64,000 nt of DNA. Source: an uncultured archaeon. GTDB lineage: Archaea; Asgardarchaeota; Heimdallarchaeia; Heimdallarchaeales; Heimdallarchaeaceae. Below the pieces are notes generated by a model. That model had not been told where the DNA came from and made no database searches. It saw only the letters and a program-made list of their open reading frames with translations. This document shows, piece after piece, positions 58,285 to 64,000 of the stretch. The stretch spans positions 42,610 through 106,609 of the forward strand of contig CAZJUB010000001.1 in assembly GCA_964549075.1 (NCBI GenBank). The letters run 5' to 3'. Made by a program: the position numbers and the translations under genes. Position 1 is the stretch's first letter. Each line of letters opens with the position of its first letter.

Positions 58285-58794
58285 ATGTCTATATTTATAG
58301 ATACTACAAAAATAAAAAATAAAACGCTAGAATCACTAAAAAAAATAAACATTCTAATTTTTTCAATAGCTTTATTTTTGTCATTATTTGCTGCAAGCTT
58401 GATTATTGCTGATGCTATTATTGGTCCTGGTGTGATAGATTTTAATTCAAATGGAATGGCAATTGTACGTAGTATAACTGCTCCCAATTCAGTCATATTA
58501 CTTGTTGGAATAATTTTACTATCATATATTTGGTCTAAGTTAAATTTTAACAAGATACGAATATTTTATACTGTGATTGTTGTTGTAAGTTTATACCCCT
58601 TTTGTGAAGTAATTCTGTGGAATTTTTCATTCATGTGGTTAGAAATGAACTTAGATTTAAGTTATCTTTCCATGATTTTTCTAGCTTTGATGGGTTTAGT
58701 ATTCTTAATTTTACCAATAAAAATTCGAAAGAAAGAAAAAAAGAAGATGAAGAGGAAATTAGATTGTTACTTCTATTTTGAGTTTTCGTACTAA
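58285..58794 (+). CDS. Hypothetical four-TM membrane protein
   Basis: Four hydrophobic segments. The 3' end overlaps the convergent tfb gene by 36 bp. Confidence 0.55.
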   Translation: MSIFIDTTKIKNKTLESLKKINILIFSIALFLSLFAASLIIADAIIGPGVIDFNSNGMAIVRSITAPNSVILLVGIILLSYIWSKLNFNKIRIFYTVIVVVSLYPFCEVILWNFSFMWLEMNLDLSYLSMIFLALMGLVFLILPIKIRKKEKKKMKRKLDCYFYFEFSY

Positions 58795-59703
58795 TTCCTT
58801 GTAACGGTTGCGAACAGTCACTTCAGTTACAGTGGCTGTTTCAGCAATTTCTCGCTGAGTTCGCCTCTCTCCTTCAGTGATACCAGCAATATATATTGAT
58901 GCTGCTGCTAATCCAGTTGGATCTTTTCCAGCTGTAAGATTATGTTCTTTAGCTCTGTTAAGTAGTTCAACAGCCTTTCTAGATGTTCTTCCACTTAAAC
59001 GGAGTTCTGCAGCAAAACGGACTATATAATCAGTCGGATTGGCTAAAGGAATTTTGATATCAAGTTCTCTGACTATAAGTCTGTAACATCTTCCGAGTTC
59101 TTTCTTGGAAATTCTTGAATGTCGAGCTATTTCATCAAGTGTTCTGGGAACACGTCTGATTCGAGCTCCAGCATAAGCTGTAGCACCAATCATAGCTTCG
59201 ATAGAACGACCTCGGATCAATCGTTTTTCTATTGCTTTACGATAGATATTTGCAGCGGTTTCATTCACACTTCGTGGGATTCCGAGTTGTGAAGATAGAC
59301 GATCTAATTCTGACATAGCATAAGCCAGATTTCGATCTATAGAACTGTGGACTCTAGTTCTAATCTGCCATTTTCTGAGACGATAGATCTGTGCTCTTCT
59401 CTTGGGAGAGAGCTTCTTTCCATACACATCTCGATCCTCCCAACCAATTTGAGTTGAAAGTCCTTTATCATGGATGGTGATGGTAGTGGGTGATCCAACA
59501 CGGCTCCTTTTAGAGCGCTCTTCAGCAGTAAAAGCTCTCCATTCAGGACCATCGTCTATCAGCTTTTCTTCTACAACGGTACCGCAATTTCGGCAAATAT
59601 GCTCTCCTCTTGTCTCATCCAGAATAACATCTTCACTGCCGCATTCAGGGCATTGAATGATTTCCTCCTCTTCTCTATAGGATGTATCTGGTGTTTCACT
59701 CAT
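58759..59703 (-). CDS. tfb: Transcription initiation factor IIB
   Basis: CPEC...CRNCG zinc ribbon, PEWRAF, HDKGLST, RGRSIE, GKDP.GLAAA, VTEVTVRNRYKEL. Confidence 0.98.
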   Translation of the reverse strand: MSETPDTSYREEEEIIQCPECGSEDVILDETRGEHICRNCGTVVEEKLIDDGPEWRAFTAEERSKRSRVGSPTTITIHDKGLSTQIGWEDRDVYGKKLSPKRRAQIYRLRKWQIRTRVHSSIDRNLAYAMSELDRLSSQLGIPRSVNETAANIYRKAIEKRLIRGRSIEAMIGATAYAGARIRRVPRTLDEIARHSRISKKELGRCYRLIVRELDIKIPLANPTDYIVRFAAELRLSGRTSRKAVELLNRAKEHNLTAGKDPTGLAAASIYIAGITEGERRTQREIAETATVTEVTVRNRYKELVRKLKIEVTI

Positions 59704-59910
59704 TCTTTCTTCTACCTACAATTATTTTGTTATTTTCTTAGCGAAAATGAAGTATCTGCATTACATATGCTAGGATACAGCTTTGGTGGATTATGTTAAA
59801 TCAAATTTGTTGATTTTTCGGTGAGAATCTCCACAATAAACTATTTCCTTAACCTTACTAAAATGCAGAGAGACCAACCAATTTTACCCTTCGGATGCTG
59901 AGTTTTCGAC

Positions 59911-59977
59911 TTTTAAATCTTTCTCTTTATATACTTTTCGCAATAAACTTTCGTGTTTTTTCACATATAAATCTTTC
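59911..59977 (-). promoter_or_regulatory. Tandem BRE/TATA-like elements upstream of tfb
   Basis: Minus strand reads GAAAGATTTATAT, CGAAAGTTTATT, CGAAAAGTATATAA and GAAAGATTTAAAA in series. Confidence 0.5.
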
Positions 59978-60099
59978 TGTTACTTAAGAAACATTTCACT
60001 AGATTTTGGGAAATAATTTCCTCAACCAAAAAGGGAATTTCTTCAACAAAAAGAGATGATGCGATTTTTTTCAAGAAAAGTACTATTTTAATCTTACTC

Positions 60100-60303
60100 T
60101 CATAATTCTGTCAATTTTTTTTTGTTTCTGTTTTTCTTTATTATTGACCTTCTTTCAGTTGCATAATGACCATTATTTTTTTCTCCACCAAGCTGAACAT
60201 GTTTTCCTAGTATTGCTTCTAATTCTCTTTCCAGCTCTTTATTTATTTTAATTTCTCTTACTATTTTCCAATTTTTATGAAGAGTGATGTTTTGTGTTTT
60301 CAT
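60100..60303 (-). CDS. Small basic hypothetical protein
   Basis: 67-aa ATG ORF with no recognisable motif. Confidence 0.35.
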   Translation of the reverse strand: MKTQNITLHKNWKIVREIKINKELERELEAILGKHVQLGGEKNNGHYATERRSIIKKNRNKKKLTEL

Positions 60304-60448
60304 TTATCTCTATTTTATTCTGTTCTTGATCGTTAATATCAACTCTTATTTAGAAAATTATAGCATTATACTTTACAAAACTGTAGTTGTTAAAATCGGT
60401 AAACAAGGTTGATTTAAAGGATTTGAATTGTTGTGATTTGATTCTTTA

Positions 60449-60952
60449 CTAAATTTCTTGATCATAAGTTTGATATTTAGTCTTACTTTCTCGTTCTCCA
60501 CTTACTAAAGGTAAGACACCTTTTTGTATATTATAATCGTAAAGACTTTCATCTTTTATTTCTTCTTTCTCAACAATTGATTTTCTCTCTTTTTGATATA
60601 TTTCATAGAGTGATGTTTTATCATCATTATATGTATCTCTTTTATTATAGTCTTTGTAAATATAGAAAGCGAACAGCTTTCCTCTCTGATTAATATATTT
60701 TAGGTCGTAGTAATTACAAAAATCACTTAAGCTGTCAAAGACTTCCATTGGAATTTCTTCCATGTTTTCTAAATATAAGAAAATTGGTTTGGGATAAGCT
60801 ATTCTTTTTGGTATCAGGATATCTGCTTCAACTCCCCATTCTTTTACGTAACTCTCTAAAACTTTCTTAATTCTGTTTAGAGTTGCTTGTTGAACATACT
60901 GTTGCATATTCTCAAGATATTCTTTCATTTTATTGTTATTAGACTCTGACAT
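60449..60952 (-). CDS. Hypothetical protein
   Basis: 167-aa ATG ORF with an upstream TTTATA box. Confidence 0.6.
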   Translation of the reverse strand: MSESNNNKMKEYLENMQQYVQQATLNRIKKVLESYVKEWGVEADILIPKRIAYPKPIFLYLENMEEIPMEVFDSLSDFCNYYDLKYINQRGKLFAFYIYKDYNKRDTYNDDKTSLYEIYQKERKSIVEKEEIKDESLYDYNIQKGVLPLVSGERESKTKYQTYDQEI

Positions 60953-61244
60953 TCCTTGTCCCCATTAGATTAAATATAAAGTTGTTCCCCAACTTTGTTT
61001 TCAAAATAATAGATGAAAATTCGATAATATTAATGTTTTCGAATAAAAATTTTCTAGACAATAATATAATACTATAAATGTTTTTTATTTTCTGATTTCT
61101 TAATTTGTGATATTTGCGATCTTATTGCTTCTATTGAAGTCTAGAAGAAAATTAATCACAAAATACAGATTTTATACATCAAAATTTGCAATCATATCTT
61201 TGTTTTCAGCAAACTATTAAATAGTTGTTTAAGTAAACTATTCT

Positions 61245-62123
61245 TTGAGTAAAATGTACTCTAAAAAAATTCCTGTATTTATGCTAATTTTACTTATTTT
61301 TTTCAGTTTTCAGGATAATTTTGACTACGCTTTAGCAGATTTAGCAGAAGGCCCTATAAAAGATTTCTTTAGTTTTAGTAACATTGTCTATAAAGGTGCA
61401 ACTTTCGAGTGGCAAATACGAAATGTTCAGACTTCTGGATATTGGGATAACGATAAACTTCATGATGGTGATTCTTTAACAATTGAGATTGTTAACCTTC
61501 TGAATGGTTCTGTTACTTATGACTTTGAAGAGATACTATACCTTCCAGATGAATATCCTTATTATAACATTCTTCTGAACAATCAAGAATTGGATGATTT
61601 TCAACAGTATCTATTAATAATGGGTGAATCTACATATAGTCCTTATTTCTATAAATATGTTTTTCAGCTAGTAAATTCCCTTGAGTTAAATGTTTATGAA
61701 CCTACCTTTATCTTTCCCCTTGAATTTATCAATGGTTCTGAAACAATTTCATATTTTGATAAATTCTATGAAGTATTAAGTCAAGCAGCAGATGAAGTAG
61801 AGAGCGCTGAAGTAACAAAAAAAGAAAATGGTAAATACATCGAAATCGTGAATAAAAGAGAACAAATCTATGATAATTCAGAAAAAGTATCTGAAAATCG
61901 ACTCTCAATAAATACCAAAGTAGGAGTATTAGGATTTTATAGTTGCTATTACAAATATACAGATAAATTGAATGATACAAATTCAAATCTTTTATCATAT
62001 GAAATCTATTCTGAAGAATACTCTGCAAGAGAATATAGAGTGGGCTACTCTTATCTGAGCTTCCTTCTGATATCTGTTTTAGTTTTGTCTTGCATGATTT
62101 ATTTTACAAAACGAAGGAAGTAA
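61245..62123 (+). CDS. Secreted, C-terminally membrane-anchored surface protein
   Basis: Signal peptide, acidic and aromatic-rich ectodomain, C-terminal TM followed by KRRK. Confidence 0.7.
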   Translation: MSKMYSKKIPVFMLILLIFFSFQDNFDYALADLAEGPIKDFFSFSNIVYKGATFEWQIRNVQTSGYWDNDKLHDGDSLTIEIVNLLNGSVTYDFEEILYLPDEYPYYNILLNNQELDDFQQYLLIMGESTYSPYFYKYVFQLVNSLELNVYEPTFIFPLEFINGSETISYFDKFYEVLSQAADEVESAEVTKKENGKYIEIVNKREQIYDNSEKVSENRLSINTKVGVLGFYSCYYKYTDKLNDTNSNLLSYEIYSEEYSAREYRVGYSYLSFLLISVLVLSCMIYFTKRRK

Positions 62124-62166
62124 GACTCCCTCTTTTTTTTTACACAAGGTTAAAATTATATAATTG

Positions 62167-62240
62167 TAGATGTTTTTTTATTAATTACAATTCGAAGCTT
62201 ATTTCATGGATGTAAAAGAATTCAATGTTGTTGTAGTGGT
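62167..62240 (+). repeat. Degenerate copy of the sdhA promoter and first 11-12 codons
   Basis: TTATTTC-ATG GAT GTA AAA GAA TTC AAT GTT GTT GTA GTG versus TTATTTC-ATG AAT GTC AAA GAA TTT GAT GTG GTT GTA GTT at 62981. Confidence 0.75.
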
Positions 62241-62353
62241 CAATAAATTTACCATTTAGGAAAGGTAAAAGCTGGTCTAGAACAAATTATATAGAGATTT
62301 TTCTGACTCTGATTATGAAAATTTAATCCTTTTTAATTATTTAAGAACATTCT

Positions 62354-62866
62354 CTAGTAATCCACATTAGAATCTTTGTTTTCATGATATAACTGATCAT
62401 GTAATTTATCAATGGCTGCATCATGTTTTGCTCTTTCCTCCCTAAATTCATCAGCTCTGTGTCCATGTTCTTCTGCAATAGAATTAGCACTCTTATATAT
62501 AACATATGCTGCAAACCACGAACCTGGAAATTCTATTAGGTTGGCTAATGCAGTATTATCTAGCTGTCCTCTAAAAACGAATATACAAACTATTATTGGA
62601 AAAACTACTCCAAATATCAAAACAATAATTATGAAATTCCACATAATTTTTTTTACATCCTCAAAATAAGCTAACCAACCAATTACTGCTCCAACCAATG
62701 AAAAAGCAACTATAGAAGGGATAAAAAGTGTTTCGCCCCTATCAATTTTCCCTTTCAATTCCCACTCTAAAAATTGAGATGAAAGATAAATACCAACAAA
62801 TGAAAGTGTTCCAGCTAAGAAAATAGCTAAACTGTTTCTAACCACTCTAGTCTTATTTTCAAACAT
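62354..62866 (-). CDS. Hypothetical four-TM membrane protein
   Basis: Four hydrophobic segments and a charged His-rich tail. Confidence 0.65.
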   Translation of the reverse strand: MFENKTRVVRNSLAIFLAGTLSFVGIYLSSQFLEWELKGKIDRGETLFIPSIVAFSLVGAVIGWLAYFEDVKKIMWNFIIIVLIFGVVFPIIVCIFVFRGQLDNTALANLIEFPGSWFAAYVIYKSANSIAEEHGHRADEFREERAKHDAAIDKLHDQLYHENKDSNVDY

Positions 62867-62980
62867 GTCAAAGAAACGATAGTTAACGAAATTATTTATA
62901 AGTTTCCTATTTTTTTAAGGAAAAAGTAAAATAATAACAAAAGTAGTGTTCTTTATAAATTACCTCTAATTGTTTATTTC

Positions 62981-64000
62981 ATGAATGTCAAAGAATTTGA
63001 TGTGGTTGTAGTTGGTGCAGGATTAAGCGGATTACGTGCTGCTCTTGAACTCACTGAACATTGGAGAGTAGCAGTTGTAAGCAAAGTATATCCAGTTCGT
63101 AGCCATTCTGGAGCTGCTCAAGGAGGGATTAATGCAGCACTTGGAAATACTGATGCAGGAAAAGAGGATACTCCTGAAAAACACGCATATGATACTGTGT
63201 ATGGATCAGATTACCTTGCTGACCAAGATGCTGTTTCATTTATGTGCAATGAAGCACCCAAAATTGTTGTTGAATTTGAGAGTATGGGAGCACCTTTCTC
63301 TCGATTAGATTCTGGTCTTATAGCTCAAAGACCATTTGGTGGAGCTGGTTTTCCCCGAACTTGCTACGCAGCTGATCGAACTGGTCATGTTCTCCTTCAT
63401 ACTCTTTATGAACAATGTACTCATAAGGATGTACAATTCTTTAATGAACATTATTTGATTGACATTAACAGAGTAGAGAATCAAGTTACGGGAATTCTTG
63501 CTTTAGATCTTAATACTGGTGTTTTGATAACATTTCGTGCAGGTTATGTTATTCTTGCTACAGGTGGATTTGGCAGGATGTATAAACGTTCAACTAACGC
63601 AATTATAAATACAGGCGATGGTGTTGGAGCAGCATTTCGAGCTGGAGTTCCATTACAAGATTGTGAATTTGTTCAATTTCATCCTACTACGTTATATGGT
63701 ACAAATATACTTATAACAGAGGGGGCTCGTGGCGAAGGAGGACTTCTTTATAATAATCTTGGTGAAAGGTTTATGATGGAAGTTGCTCCTAAGGCTAAAG
63801 AGCTTGCTCCCTGTGATATAGTTGCTCGAGCAATATATACTGTAGTTAAAGCAGGGTGTGGTTTTGAAAATGCTTATGTTCATCTTGATTTAACACATCT
63901 GGGAGCAGACAAGATCAATGAAAGATTACCAGGTATTAGAGAGATATCCATTTATATTGCAGGTGTTGATCAGATAGAAGAACCTATACCAGTTCAACCA
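62981..64000 (+). CDS. sdhA: Succinate dehydrogenase/fumarate reductase flavoprotein subunit, 5' part (not in ORF track)
   Basis: Translated by hand: [21 protein letters not shown] (FAD-binding His), [38 protein letters not shown]. Open to the window end. Confidence 0.95.
   Translation, partial: MNVKEFDVVVVGAGLSGLRAALELTEHWRVAVVSKVYPVRSHSGAAQGGINAALGNTDAGKEDTPEKHAYDTVYGSDYLADQDAVSFMCNEAPKIVVEFESMGAPFSRLDSGLIAQRPFGGAGFPRTCYAADRTGHVLLHTLYEQCTHKDVQFFNEHYLIDINRVENQVTGILALDLNTGVLITFRAGYVILATGGFGRMYKRSTNAIINTGDGVGAAFRAGVPLQDCEFVQFHPTTLYGTNILITEGARGEGGLLYNNLGERFMMEVAPKAKELAPCDIVARAIYTVVKAGCGFENAYVHLDLTHLGADKINERLPGIREISIYIAGVDQIEEPIPVQP

Noticed and set aside
59791-59801. TTATGTTAAAT, identical to the E. 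coli XerD arm of dif
   Set aside because: There is no matching left arm at 6-bp spacing, so it is probably a chance match in AT-rich DNA.
59704-59910. gar1/naf1 gene expected upstream of tfb
   Set aside because: Manual translation gives only short ORFs without Gar1 motifs.
1-64000. CRISPR arrays, IS elements, integrases, rRNA and tRNA genes
   Set aside because: I saw no regularly spaced repeats, transposase or integrase motifs, or stable-RNA signatures by eye. A tRNAscan-SE/Infernal run would be needed to exclude them fully.

Overview
AT-rich archaeal chromosomal segment, most consistent with an Asgard archaeon (probably Heimdallarchaeia). That assignment is an inference from TFB, Rpo12, aIF1/SUI1, archaeal-type GlyRS and type II MetAP together with RING-finger, TRAP-beta-like and Get3-type genes. 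About 65 coding regions are supported, including three missed or mis-started by the ORF track (rpo12, the 5' part of sdhA, and a possible ATT-start zinc-finger gene). I found no rRNA, tRNA, CRISPR array or transposase. Main leads: (1) a pyrD-pyrK-pyrC/pyrF cluster with an HTH-PRTase regulator and TTGCA-N6-TGCAA operators, in which all three pathway enzymes keep most cofactor residues but carry substitutions in substrate-binding or catalytic motifs; (2) an aIF1 gene whose probable GTG start overlaps an ATG-TGT-TAG mini-ORF, followed by a gene with an SD-linked ATT start, suggesting start-codon-fidelity autoregulation; (3) an unannotated k-turn/box C/D-like RNA candidate with its own TATA box; (4) a TRAP-beta-Get3-TatD operon; (5) a zinc-ribbon plus RING protein. 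All family calls come from motifs read by eye, without database searches.
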